Positions 1 through 9,992 are shown, counted from the stretch's first letter. The stretch is DNA of 32,000 bases from Patescibacteria group bacterium (GCA_041674405.1 JBAYVT010000002.1:1-32000), one strand, 5' to 3'. Notes: generated by a model from the letters alone, not told the origin. Made by a program: numbers and translations.

Positions 1-2452
<2,452 letters not shown>

Positions 2453-2783
2453 GAAATATACTTTAGATCAAAGTACTTTTCCCCCCGAAGGAGGAATAAT
2501 ACCTGACCTGTTTGACTAGCAATTACTGGATTCAACTTTCGTTGAAAAAATAATTGTTTTAATATTTTTATCGGAAGAATACATTTTGTGTAATTACATA
2601 TTAATTACTCATTTATTCAATTGTTAAAGTGCTGATAGGATTTCAATATACAAGTCCCTATCTTGTAGTTAAAATCCTGATTGTGTAACAAATTTGCTTG
2701 TCCCACCGGAGCCTAAAGGGCGAAGGGGGATGGACCATAAGGCTCGCAGCTGGTATCAAAAGTATATATCTCACATATAGGAA

Positions 2784-2807
2784 ACAAAAAATCCGCCGGA
2801 AAGCGGA
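2784..2807 (-). terminator. Rho-independent-type terminator upstream of the 23S leader
   Basis: Stem TCCGC/GCGGA (2792-2796 with 2803-2807), followed in minus-strand sense by a T-run (plus-strand A-run 2785-2791). It would stop transcription coming from the small ORF at 3084-3290. Confidence 0.5.
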
Positions 2808-3033
2808 ATGATTTAATGCCACAAAATAAACTTTGCGAAATTAAAATTATCCGCTGACCCCCTCTCTCGTAGTGTGATTGTTTCTCATAGTGCCTAAACC
2901 CGATTAATTTGTTCCTTTATCCTCGGGTAACTTGTGCGCAAAATCAACTTAACATAAACGCACAAACCTTGTCAACACTTTACAACTTATCAGTGGAGAG
3001 CAGAAAAATTACATTAATTAATCCCTCTGCTCT

Positions 3034-3061
3034 GCGTCGCATTCAATTTCGAATGCGACGC
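3034..3061 (-). terminator. 11-bp stem-loop just downstream of the small GC-rich ORF (no U-tract)
   Basis: GCGTCGCATTC (3034-3044) pairs perfectly with GAATGCGACGC (3051-3061). It lies 23 nt after the TGA of the 3084-3290 ORF. Confidence 0.45.
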
Positions 3062-3083
3062 GCCAGCTCTCCTCCTCCTACTC

Positions 3084-3290
3084 TCACCGGCACAGCTCGA
3101 TCAGTACCCGCTTGTACGCAGTCTGGAGTCCCCGAAGTTGCTCGAGATCGCTATCCGAGACCTTGTCCGCCGGTAGCCTCGAAGCTACGGCTTCGTATTC
3201 GACGATCTTCTCGAACCACGTGAGGACGTCGATTTTTGGCAGTGACTGCGGGTTACGCGGAATCGGATCCATCAATTCTCTCAGGTTCAT
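3084..3290 (-). CDS. Small hypothetical protein (68 aa) in a high-GC island
   Basis: ATG at 3290 is preceded by GAGAGGGGA. Third codon positions are mostly G/C (aac ctg ccg ccg aac ccg cag ctg atc gac gtc ctc acg...), in an otherwise AT-rich region. No family recognised. I prefer the internal Met (MNLRELMD...) to the track start at 3332. Confidence 0.6.
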   Translation of the reverse strand: MNLRELMDPIPRNPQSLPKIDVLTWFEKIVEYEAVASRLPADKVSDSDLEQLRGLQTAYKRVLIELCR

Positions 3291-3754
3291 ATTGATCCCC
3301 TCTCTGCCCTTGCAAGGATTGAGTACAGACAAGAAATTTCTATCACAAATTCAAACTTTTCGCAAACGCAGAGCTATGAAAATCTACTTTGAATTGAAAA
3401 ACTGCGGAAATAATCCAGCGGTTAAAAACTATTTCATTTTGATCCTATTTTTGTAACATCCTACAATCACTTCATCAGTTCTTAATTTTATATTGTGCTA
3501 TTTTTCAAAGAAACATGAGATTTATTATTTTAAGATTTCAATACGCTACAAGTTCGAGATACCGGGACCCAACAAATTTTTTGAACAACCGAGATGATTC
3601 TCCTTGGCACGGATTAATTTCCCACCCAAGGGATCTCTCAACTTTATTTCAAACATGGTCCAGACGGTATGTCGAACCCTACAACAAAAACGCCTTCCTC
3701 CGCCACATTGGCACAGGAGGGTGTTTTGTGTTCAGTCCGTAGCGAGTAGTCGAT

Positions 3755-3782
3755 AGTCCGTAGCGTATATTCTCTACGGACT
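3755..3782 (-). terminator. Stem-loop downstream of the 3807-4220 gene
   Basis: AGTCCGTAG (3755-3763) pairs with CTACGGACT (3774-3782). It sits in a cluster of TAGTCC/GGACTA motif copies. Confidence 0.4.
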
Positions 3783-3806
3783 AAGGACTATGGACTACAA
3801 ACTAGT

Positions 3807-4220
3807 TTATTGTTGGCTTGAGAATTTATTTATCGCATCCATAATTTTGCTGGAACTTTTCATATCTTCAAAGAACAAAATTTGGTCACGATTTATATAC
3901 ATTTGATCCTCTGGGCCATGGAGTTCACTTCCAAGTTTTATTAGCGACACTTTCTTATTTTGGTCCGTATTACTATTTTGCAAATCAGTTGTAGTTTTCA
4001 AATAGTATATATCGGTTAGTTTCACGATTTGGTCATCGGAATTCGAAATGTATCCGAAATATACTTGCCCATTTGTAAGAAAAACCGCCTGCCTCACACT
4101 ATGCTTATTTAATAAATATTTTTTATTGACGTAATATCCGCCAAATCCTGCAGCGACGATCACCACGACGATAATAATTATTGCAATGATCCAGCTCTTC
4201 CTCTTTGTAGACTTATCCAT
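3807..4220 (-). CDS. Membrane-anchored hypothetical protein (137 aa)
   Basis: Strong SD (AAAGAGGAG) 6 nt before ATG 4220. The N-terminus has a basic stretch then a hydrophobic helix (WIIAIIIIVVVIVAAGFGGYY). No recognisable catalytic motif. Confidence 0.8.
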   Translation of the reverse strand: MDKSTKRKSWIIAIIIIVVVIVAAGFGGYYVNKKYLLNKHSVRQAVFLTNGQVYFGYISNSDDQIVKLTDIYYLKTTTDLQNSNTDQNKKVSLIKLGSELHGPEDQMYINRDQILFFEDMKSSSKIMDAINKFSSQQ

Positions 4221-4534
4221 AGAATCTCCTCTTTATTGTTACTAATATATACTTACAAAATTCGTCCACAACTGGTGATCTCTAGTCCCTCAGACAAGGC
4301 CGTTATTCGCAAACCACAGCTCATCCGTTCAAGGATACAACAAAAATAAAACACATCAATTAGAATTTTTCACAAAAATTTTATCAAGATGCTGGCCTAT
4401 TGGTGTGAACTCTTCCATATAAAAAAAGCTGGTTATATATAAAAATTAATATGTGGACAACCAGGGTGGCAAATTTATTGCTTAGGTCGATACCCGAAAG
4501 GTAAAAGTATTAAGTAATAAATGAAAAAGGAGCA

Positions 4535-5395
4535 ATGATGGATTATTTAAAATTGGCAAAAATTGCACGTGTTGCCGCAGTATCGACTGCCTTTGTGTTT
4601 GCTGTCGGTTCGGGCGGAGCGCTTGCATCTGTCAGTGTTGGCGGCTCAAACGACACCACGGGACCAAATTCAGAAAATGAAAATGAATGGAAAATCGATG
4701 CCGATTATGATCTGGATGTGGATAACAATGCCGACTTAGAAAGTGAATTTGAGCTAGATGCAGAAACCGGTGATAATGACATCGATTGCAATACTGAGGT
4801 TGATGACATTCTTACTGGTGATATAGAAGGAGATATTTCCGTAGAGAATGAGCTTAATTCATCCGAAATCGAAGTCGGAACGGCAGATGTCGGCGACATT
4901 GAGGTTGACCTAGGAAATGAAACAACCGGGCCTTATTCAGAGAATGAGAACGAGGTCAGAATTTCAATGGATCGAGACATAGACATCGACAACGATGCAG
5001 ATGTTGAAAACGAGCTAGAACTTGATGCCAACACAGGAAAGAATCGCGTTCACAACAACACTGTTGTTGGAGATGTTCGAACCGGAGATGTTTCCCTAAG
5101 CGCTGATTTCTCCAATGTGCTTAATCAGGGAGAAATTGATTTGGGCGGACTTGGTGAAATGGACATCGAGGGAGACTTCGGAAATGAGCTAACCGGTCCA
5201 AATTCTGAAAACAGCAATGAGCTCGACATTGATGCTGACGTCGATGTAAATATCGATAACAATGCCGATATTGAAAATGAGCTTGAAGTTGATGCCAACA
5301 CTGGGAAAAACTGGATTGGCAAAAACACTGTTGTTGGTGATGTTGAGACAGGAAGTGTAGATCTTTCTTTTAGCGTTACCAACATGGCCAACTAG
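4535..5395 (+). CDS. Secreted acidic repeat protein (3 copies of a ~85-aa TGPNSEN...A(E/N)TG(D/K)N...TGD module)
   Basis: SD AAGGAG precedes ATGATG at 4535. Signal-peptide-like N-terminus (AAVSTAFVFAVGSGGALA). Three internal repeats begin at TTGPNSENENE, TTGPYSENENE and LTGPNSENSNE. Confidence 0.9.
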   Translation: MMDYLKLAKIARVAAVSTAFVFAVGSGGALASVSVGGSNDTTGPNSENENEWKIDADYDLDVDNNADLESEFELDAETGDNDIDCNTEVDDILTGDIEGDISVENELNSSEIEVGTADVGDIEVDLGNETTGPYSENENEVRISMDRDIDIDNDADVENELELDANTGKNRVHNNTVVGDVRTGDVSLSADFSNVLNQGEIDLGGLGEMDIEGDFGNELTGPNSENSNELDIDADVDVNIDNNADIENELEVDANTGKNWIGKNTVVGDVETGSVDLSFSVTNMAN

Positions 5396-5501
5396 TCCCC
5401 TGGATTAGACATTAGCGAGGACTCCGGTGTGAGTATGTCGAACACCTGGGTCCCGCAGATGTCGAATTAATTAACACTAATAATCAAACAATGGAGTGGC
5501 C

Positions 5502-7343
5502 ATGACAAAGGTTTATAGGAAAATGAAAAAAATTATTGCTGGAATAATGATTCTGGTCTTTGTGTCATTCTATTCATTACCAGCATTTGCTGCTGGTAAT
5601 ATTGGCCCGACCGGCCCACAGGAACCAACCGGAGCTATCGAACCAACTGGGCCGCAAACTCAAACTGGAGCTATTGAACCGACAGGTCCGCAGACACCGA
5701 CAGGTCCGCAGGAAATTATTTCAAACCCGATTGTGGAAACTTCGGGGACAGAGAATCAAACTGAACAAAATCTATCAAATAATTTTACCGGATCAAATTC
5801 TGAAAATCTAAATGATTCAAACTCTTCGGCCGACGCGAATATAAATCTTACGAATAATGCCGAGGCCGACAACGATATTAGTGCCAATTTAGTTACCGGT
5901 CAAAATGGAATTGGATCAAACACGGTGGTCGGTAATGTATCCACTGGCGATATCAACGGAAATGTTTGTGTTATTAATGCCCTAAATTCCTCGCTCGGGC
6001 CAGACGATTCTATTGGCGGACAGTCGATTAATACTTCAGGAATGAATGGCATCACTCTCGCTCCAGCTGATACCAGGCTAAACCTTCAAAATGCAACGAC
6101 CGGCGAAAATTCGGAAAATTCTAATGTTTTTAATGGCGGACAAGTTATCGATTTTTTCGAAGTTAACGATGCAGCCGCGAATAATTCTATTGAAATTGAT
6201 GCTGATACTGGCAACAACGAAATTTCCAACAATACCAAAGTCGGCGAGCTTCAGACCGGAGATATTGCCATCGCTGCAAATTTAATTAACCTTTTAAACA
6301 TTTCTCCGGAAATTGCACTTTCAATTGACTTTTGGAATCTTTTCGGCGGGCTTGTTGGGGATATCACTATCAGTGAAGCAAATGATATTACAGGTTCAGA
6401 TTCAGAGAATAAAAATTTGGTCAATCTGGATGGCGGGGAAGACATTTCGATCAGCAATAATTCTGAAACCAATAATAATATTAACTTGAGCGCCAATACC
6501 GGAGGCAATGCCATCGGTTCAAATACGGCAATTGGCGATATAAAAACCGGTGACTCAACAATCAAAAACACACTGGTGAATGTCGCCAATATCATTACTG
6601 CACCGGTTTTTTATCTGGTGAATGTCTTTGGTACATGGACCAGTGGAGCACTCCTTGGTATCGATCCATCGATGATATTTATTAATGAAATCAACAATAC
6701 AACAGGAACCAATTCGGAAAATTCCAATCTTGTTACTGCTGAAAATAATGCTGACCTATCGATCGAAAACAATGCTTTAATTAATAACAATTTGAATATT
6801 AAGGCCAACACCGGCAACAACAAAATTTCTAACAATACTGTTGCTGGCGGGCTCTCGACAGGTGATATAAAGCTCGCGTCCAATGTAATTAATATTTCCA
6901 ACCTGGTTGGAAAAGGCGCAAAAGCCTTCGCTCTCCGTATCATCAATATCTTCGGCAACTGGTGTGGTGGCGGAGACGGCAAGGGTGGAGGTGGCGATGA
7001 TAATAATGGTGGTGGCGAGAGTGATGGCAGCGATGAAAATGGTAGCGGACAGGGAGGCGGCGGTTTTTCGGAAAATCCAAGTGATACTGGCAGCAGCCTG
7101 GGTGGGTTTATCGGAAATGCAAAACCTTTGGCCAAACTCGCATCTTTCGAGCAAAGCAATGTTCTTCCGGACGCAGGCGGAAATTTAACAACAACTCAAA
7201 ATAATCCCGTAGTTAAATCGATGACCACAACCACTTCCAGGAGTGCCAAGGAGTTTATCTATTGGATTGCAGCAGCTAGTGCCGTTCTTATTCTCTGGGG
7301 ATCGATAGAATATTTGGCCTACAGAAAAATGAAAAAAATATAA
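5502..7343 (+). CDS. Large secreted/surface repeat protein of the same module family, with a Gly-rich linker and a C-terminal membrane anchor
   Basis: GGAG at 5493-5496 precedes ATG 5502 (the track start GTG 5496 is an alternative). It has a signal peptide and PTGPQ/EPTGP repeats. Four modules follow (FTGSNSEN, TTGENSEN, ITGSDSEN, TTGTNSEN ... ANTGxN ... TGD). The C-terminus has a GGGDGKGGGGDDNNGGG linker, then LPDAGG, then a hydrophobic helix and an RKMKKI tail. Confidence 0.9.
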   Translation: MTKVYRKMKKIIAGIMILVFVSFYSLPAFAAGNIGPTGPQEPTGAIEPTGPQTQTGAIEPTGPQTPTGPQEIISNPIVETSGTENQTEQNLSNNFTGSNSENLNDSNSSADANINLTNNAEADNDISANLVTGQNGIGSNTVVGNVSTGDINGNVCVINALNSSLGPDDSIGGQSINTSGMNGITLAPADTRLNLQNATTGENSENSNVFNGGQVIDFFEVNDAAANNSIEIDADTGNNEISNNTKVGELQTGDIAIAANLINLLNISPEIALSIDFWNLFGGLVGDITISEANDITGSDSENKNLVNLDGGEDISISNNSETNNNINLSANTGGNAIGSNTAIGDIKTGDSTIKNTLVNVANIITAPVFYLVNVFGTWTSGALLGIDPSMIFINEINNTTGTNSENSNLVTAENNADLSIENNALINNNLNIKANTGNNKISNNTVAGGLSTGDIKLASNVINISNLVGKGAKAFALRIINIFGNWCGGGDGKGGGGDDNNGGGESDGSDENGSGQGGGGFSENPSDTGSSLGGFIGNAKPLAKLASFEQSNVLPDAGGNLTTTQNNPVVKSMTTTTSRSAKEFIYWIAAASAVLILWGSIEYLAYRKMKKI

Positions 7344-7371
7344 GAAGATATACAAAACTTTAGTTAAGCTT

Positions 7372-7400
7372 GCGCTGCCACTCCGCGAGAGTGGCAGCGC
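7372..7400. terminator. Bidirectional stem-loop between convergent genes
   Basis: GCGCTGCCACT (7372-7382) pairs perfectly with AGTGGCAGCGC (7390-7400). It lies between the stop at 7343 (+) and the stop at 7404 (-). Confidence 0.6.
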
Positions 7401-7403
7401 CGG

Positions 7404-7865
7404 CTAATCGCTCTCCATCGCAAAAGCCAGCTGGCCCTGCGAGCTGCTTACCGATAAAACTGGCAAGCTAGCTATCCCCCGGCTACTTGCGACAACCACC
7501 TTCTCAACCTCAACCTGAAATCCGAGCTGAGCCCTCGGGAATCGGCGAAGGTTGATCGGCGCGTTCGTGAGCCTCCTGCCGCCTGGTTGATGAAAGCTAA
7601 TGGCCTCCAGGAAATTCAGCCAGTATCCAACCCACTTTTCCTGGTACCATACCTTCACCCAGACTTCCTCCGTCCTCACCCCGAATGGCTCATCGGTAGT
7701 CTCACCGAAATAGTACCCCACCGGCAGCTGTATTGACTTGTTCTTGTCCGGCTCGCCATCGATGGTCGGGCCAAGGACATACATGGCAATGGCATGGCCC
7801 ACGTTGGGTCTGACATGCAGATCGATGTCATCCGGCAAACGAATGCCTCCGGGCAAGTATTGCAT
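7404..7865 (-). CDS. Hypothetical protein (153 aa) in a high-GC island
   Basis: Full-length ORF with a marked G/C third-position bias (ccc gga ggc ... ccg gat gac atc gat ctg ... ggc ccg acc atc gat ggc gag ccg gac aag aac aag). AAGAGGC lies upstream of ATG 7865. No family recognised. Confidence 0.65.
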   Translation of the reverse strand: MQYLPGGIRLPDDIDLHVRPNVGHAIAMYVLGPTIDGEPDKNKSIQLPVGYYFGETTDEPFGVRTEEVWVKVWYQEKWVGYWLNFLEAISFHQPGGRRLTNAPINLRRFPRAQLGFQVEVEKVVVASSRGIASLPVLSVSSSQGQLAFAMESD

Positions 7866-7932
7866 TCACCGAGCCTCTTTCTTTCGGTTTGGTTTGGCAC
7901 GCTATATCAGTATATACCAAATTTTTAAAAAT

Positions 7933-7952
7933 AAAAAAACCGCCTAAGCGGG
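7933..7952 (-). terminator. Weak intrinsic terminator after the GrpB-family gene
   Basis: Short stem CCGC/GCGG (7940-7943 with 7948-7951), followed in minus sense by a T7 run (plus A-run 7933-7939). Confidence 0.4.
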
Positions 7953-8075
7953 ATTATTGATGGAATGTATTGTTGCTGGTTAGAAATATTATCGTGAGCC
8001 CAAATGAATGCGTTTATATTTCTAGTATAAGAATCAAAACAATTTATAGGGACAACTTTCCACGCAGTTCAATGG

Positions 8076-8630
8076 CTAGCTCAATTTACACCTACCTAAA
8101 ACGCTTTTTATAAATTCATCTTTAGCTTTTGAATAAGCTTTCCGATCATTTTCGTATTTTATTGCTAGCTTTTGCTTTAGATTTTCATATTCTTTTAGCA
8201 CATCCCTATCCGCCCTTAAGTAATCCCTGAATACTATTGTTTCTCTATATTTTGTACCCTCAATTTCCATAATGTGTATAAAATGAGTTATATAATCCGG
8301 TTTAATCTGACCCGGCTTTACTGGCACGCCTTTTCTCATGAGAATTTCACCGTCCGCATTGTCTTCCTTTATTGTATAGCTTGGAAACTTCAATATCTTT
8401 TCTTTTATCTTATTAATATCTTCAAGTGAATCAACGCCAACAGCAATATCAATTATTGGTTTTGCAGATAAACCGACAATGGAGGTAGAGCCCACATGTT
8501 CGATCGATTTTGCCACATCACCAAATATTTTTTCTAAAATTGTTTTTTCCTTATTAAACTCGTCCCGCCATTGCGGATTATATTTTTCGACTTTAACAAA
8601 ACCCTTTTTAAGACCAATTTCTTTTTTCAT
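8076..8630 (-). CDS. GrpB-family (nucleotidyltransferase-fold) protein
   Basis: IEHVGSTSIVGLSAKPIIDIAVGV and the C-terminal FRDYLRADRDVLKEYENLK are typical of GrpB/DUF-type proteins. This is recognised by eye only. Confidence 0.75.
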   Translation of the reverse strand: MKKEIGLKKGFVKVEKYNPQWRDEFNKEKTILEKIFGDVAKSIEHVGSTSIVGLSAKPIIDIAVGVDSLEDINKIKEKILKFPSYTIKEDNADGEILMRKGVPVKPGQIKPDYITHFIHIMEIEGTKYRETIVFRDYLRADRDVLKEYENLKQKLAIKYENDRKAYSKAKDEFIKSVLGRCKLS

Positions 8631-8653
8631 TAGAAGTATTTTTCTAAAGACAG

Positions 8654-8686
8654 AAAATGATTCATATTCTAAGTATGAATCATTTT
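8654..8686 (-). terminator. 13-bp hairpin terminator/attenuator between the Nudix and GrpB genes
   Basis: AAAATGATTCATA (8654-8666) pairs with TATGAATCATTTT (8674-8686). T-rich sequence follows in minus sense. Confidence 0.55.
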
Positions 8687-9098
8687 AACGTTCGAGATAG
8701 TTCAATTTGATAAATAATTTTCTTGAAGGTGGCACGATATCATAGTCTTTCAATTGTCCAATGGGTATCCATTCCAACTTTTGAATGCCAGGACTTAATT
8801 TTTCTTTTCCCCCAACATACTCACATAGAGTATCGAGATAAATAAAATGTTTCTCTTCCCCGTCAACATCTTTTTTAATTTCTGTGTCCCAGGATAACCT
8901 TTCAGAGATTTTAATATCTATGCCAGTCTTTGCTTTTACTTCTTGAGTGATAACATCTTCGGGACTTAGGCCTGCACTTAGCTCGCCGCCAAATAAATAC
9001 CAAGTTTCTTTATATGGTAATGAGCCGTCTGGTTTTTTACGCATTAAAACTGAATCACCTTTTTTAACAACACCGATTACTAAAATTTTCGTTTTCAT
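8685..9098 (-). CDS. Nudix-family hydrolase with a divergent Nudix box
   Basis: GGELSAGLSPEDVITQEVKAKTG aligns to the Nudix box GX5EX7REUXEEXGU, but REx and EE are not conserved. Size and beta-strand-rich flanks fit the family. Confidence 0.65.
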   Translation of the reverse strand: MKTKILVIGVVKKGDSVLMRKKPDGSLPYKETWYLFGGELSAGLSPEDVITQEVKAKTGIDIKISERLSWDTEIKKDVDGEEKHFIYLDTLCEYVGGKEKLSPGIQKLEWIPIGQLKDYDIVPPSRKLFIKLNYLER

Positions 9099-9112
9099 AA
9101 TCTTATAATGAC

Positions 9113-9181
9113 AGTTCTAGCGTTATTTTTCCATATATAATAAAAAGACTAGCCTTGGACTAATCTTTTTTTGGTAGACCC
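9113..9181. repeat. Left copy of a ~68-bp imperfect direct repeat (terminator hairpin plus tRNA 3'-end-like TGGTAGACCC)
   Basis: AGTTCT..ATAATAAAAAGACTAGCCTTGGACTAATCTTTTTTTGGTAGACCC matches 9793-9860 (AGTTCT..ATAATAAAAAGACTAGTCTAGAACTAATCTTTTTATTGGTGGACCC). Confidence 0.7.
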
Positions 9182-9266
9182 GATAGGATCTCGAGCATCG
9201 CTTACACTCCCTTGGAAAACCCTCGGTTTTCCAGTTTTCCGACCCCTTCCCGTTCGAATCCTCAGC
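9172..9266 (-). other. tRNA-Ala 3'-end remnant fused to a conserved hairpin element (copy A); possible att remnant or tRNA-derived sRNA
   Basis: Minus sense reads ...GGATTCGAACGGGAAGGGGTCGGAAAAC[TGGAAAACC GAG GGTTTTCCA]AGGGAGTGTAAGCGATGCTCGAGATCCTATCGGGTCTACCA. The last ~30 nt align with the 3' end of tRNA-Ala-UGC. The core is shared with 17063-17171. A terminator hairpin like that of the tRNA follows. Confidence 0.5.
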
Positions 9267-9457
9267 TTTAACTCACTAAATAAAAAATCACCATTAAGGC
9301 GACATTTTTGGTGGGGCACAATCCAAGAAGTAAGAAATATCGTTATGAATTCAAATGAGTATATCTGTATTCCAAAGATGAGAATTAAATCTCTCCATAT
9401 TTAGCGGCTATTTGCTTTTCCACCATTCTGTATAACATAGATTGATAGTATGGGACT

Positions 9458-9491
9458 CCAGTGTGATGACAACAAGTTGTCATCACACTGG
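9458..9491 (-). terminator. 16-bp-arm hairpin after the zinc-ribbon ORF
   Basis: CCAGTGTGATGACAAC (9458-9473) pairs perfectly with GTTGTCATCACACTGG (9476-9491). It lies 24 nt after the TGA at 9515. Confidence 0.5.
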
Positions 9492-9514
9492 CAGCTCTGT
9501 CGAGTCGGACTTCA

Positions 9515-9712
9515 TCAGCGGCAGTCTGGGCAAAGCCCACCCTCGAGGTACTGCGTGCGAACCGCTAGTCTGCACCTCGAACATCGCATCGCGGCACCGC
9601 TCAGCAATAACGCAGTCTCGTCCATGAGCTCGGTCTCCTCGAGATACGGGCTTTTGCCAGCAGTCGCCCCTGGCGGGTCGTTACTCGTCGGGGTACGTGT
9701 TAAATGCCCCAT
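9515..9712 (-). CDS. Small zinc-ribbon-like protein (65 aa) in a high-GC island
   Basis: Strong SD AAGGGAGG 8 nt before ATG 9712. Codons are G/C-rich at the third position. The C-terminus reads CSRC-x13-CPDC (a four-Cys knuckle pair). Confidence 0.65.
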   Translation of the reverse strand: MGHLTRTPTSNDPPGATAGKSPYLEETELMDETALLLSGAAMRCSRCRLAVRTQYLEGGLCPDCR

Positions 9713-9792
9713 TTGAACAGCCTCCCTTCACTTGTCGTCCGTCGGCCACTACAGAATTGCATACTTTATACTAATAGTCAATAACATGAGAT

Positions 9793-9860
9793 AGTTCTGA
9801 CCTATTTTTTGGTATAATAAAAAGACTAGTCTAGAACTAATCTTTTTATTGGTGGACCCT
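9793..9860. repeat. Right copy of the ~68-bp direct repeat (tRNA-Ala-UGC 3' end plus its terminator hairpin)
   Basis: See 9113-9181. It includes the hairpin AAAAGACTAG..CTAATCTTTT immediately 3' of the tRNA. Confidence 0.7.
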
Positions 9861-9925
9861 ATCGGATTCGAACCGATGACCTCCACAGTGCAAATGTGGC
9901 GCTCTACCAACTAAGCTAAGGGCCC
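9850..9925 (-). tRNA. tRNA-Ala (anticodon UGC), CCA encoded
   Basis: The reverse complement GGGCCCTTAGCTTAGTTGGTAGAGCGCCACATTTGCACTGTGGAGGTCATCGGTTCGAATCCGATAGGGTCCACCA folds as a cloverleaf. Anticodon loop is TTTGCAC. The G3:U70 identity pair is present. Confidence 0.95.
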
Positions 9926-9936
9926 AGATCGACGTA

Positions 9937-9965
9937 ATGATAGCATAAACGGGGCTATTTATCAA
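9937..9965 (-). promoter_or_regulatory. Sigma70-like promoter for tRNA-Ala-UGC
   Basis: Minus sense reads TTGATA (9965-9960), a 17-nt spacer, then TATCAT (9942-9937), 11 nt before the tRNA 5' end. The hexamers are the same as at the tRNA-Ile promoter. Confidence 0.6.
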
Positions 9966-9992
9966 CCTTATACACCCTCATCCCAACAGTAA

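Noticed and set aside
2909-3456. Plus-strand ORFs 2909-3223 (104 aa) and 3112-3456 (114 aa)
   Set aside because: They are antisense shadows of the GC-rich minus-strand ORF. They are Arg/Ser/Pro-rich and lack an SD. The third-position bias supports the minus frame.
4705-7188. Antisense or alternative-frame ORFs inside the repeat-protein genes (4705-4899, 5125-5391, 5560-5811, 6091-6285, 6251-6595, 6611-7159, 6777-7154, 6907-7188)
   Set aside because: They are shadow ORFs of low-complexity repetitive coding sequence. The plus-strand frames with signal peptides and regular modules explain the region.
4535-7343. The periodic DNA repeats might be a CRISPR array or a satellite
   Set aside because: The repeats are about 250-300 bp, diverged, in frame, and translate into a conserved protein module. 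There are no short identical repeats separated by unique spacers anywhere in the window.
7404-7865. The GC-rich island as RNase P RNA, since GGAGGAAGTCTGGGTGAAGG...GGTACCAGG resembles the GAGGAAAGTCCGGGC / GGUGCCAGG region
   Set aside because: No complementary P4 3' strand (CCAGACTT-like) is present. The segment has an uninterrupted 153-codon frame with strong third-position G/C bias, so it is protein-coding.
9172-9266. Copy A as a tmRNA, since GGATTCGAACGGGA resembles the tmRNA 5' GGATTCGACGGGA and it ends in CCA
   Set aside because: There is no 5' strand able to pair with the 3' acceptor strand and no tag reading frame. The element is only ~95 nt, and its 3' end is better explained as a copy of tRNA-Ala.
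3034-9491. The hairpins after the GC-rich ORFs as integron attC sites, making the ORFs gene cassettes
   Set aside because: The hairpins are perfect palindromes without the RYYYAAC/GTTRRRY core sites or extrahelical bases. The ORFs are dispersed rather than arrayed, and no intI or attI is present.
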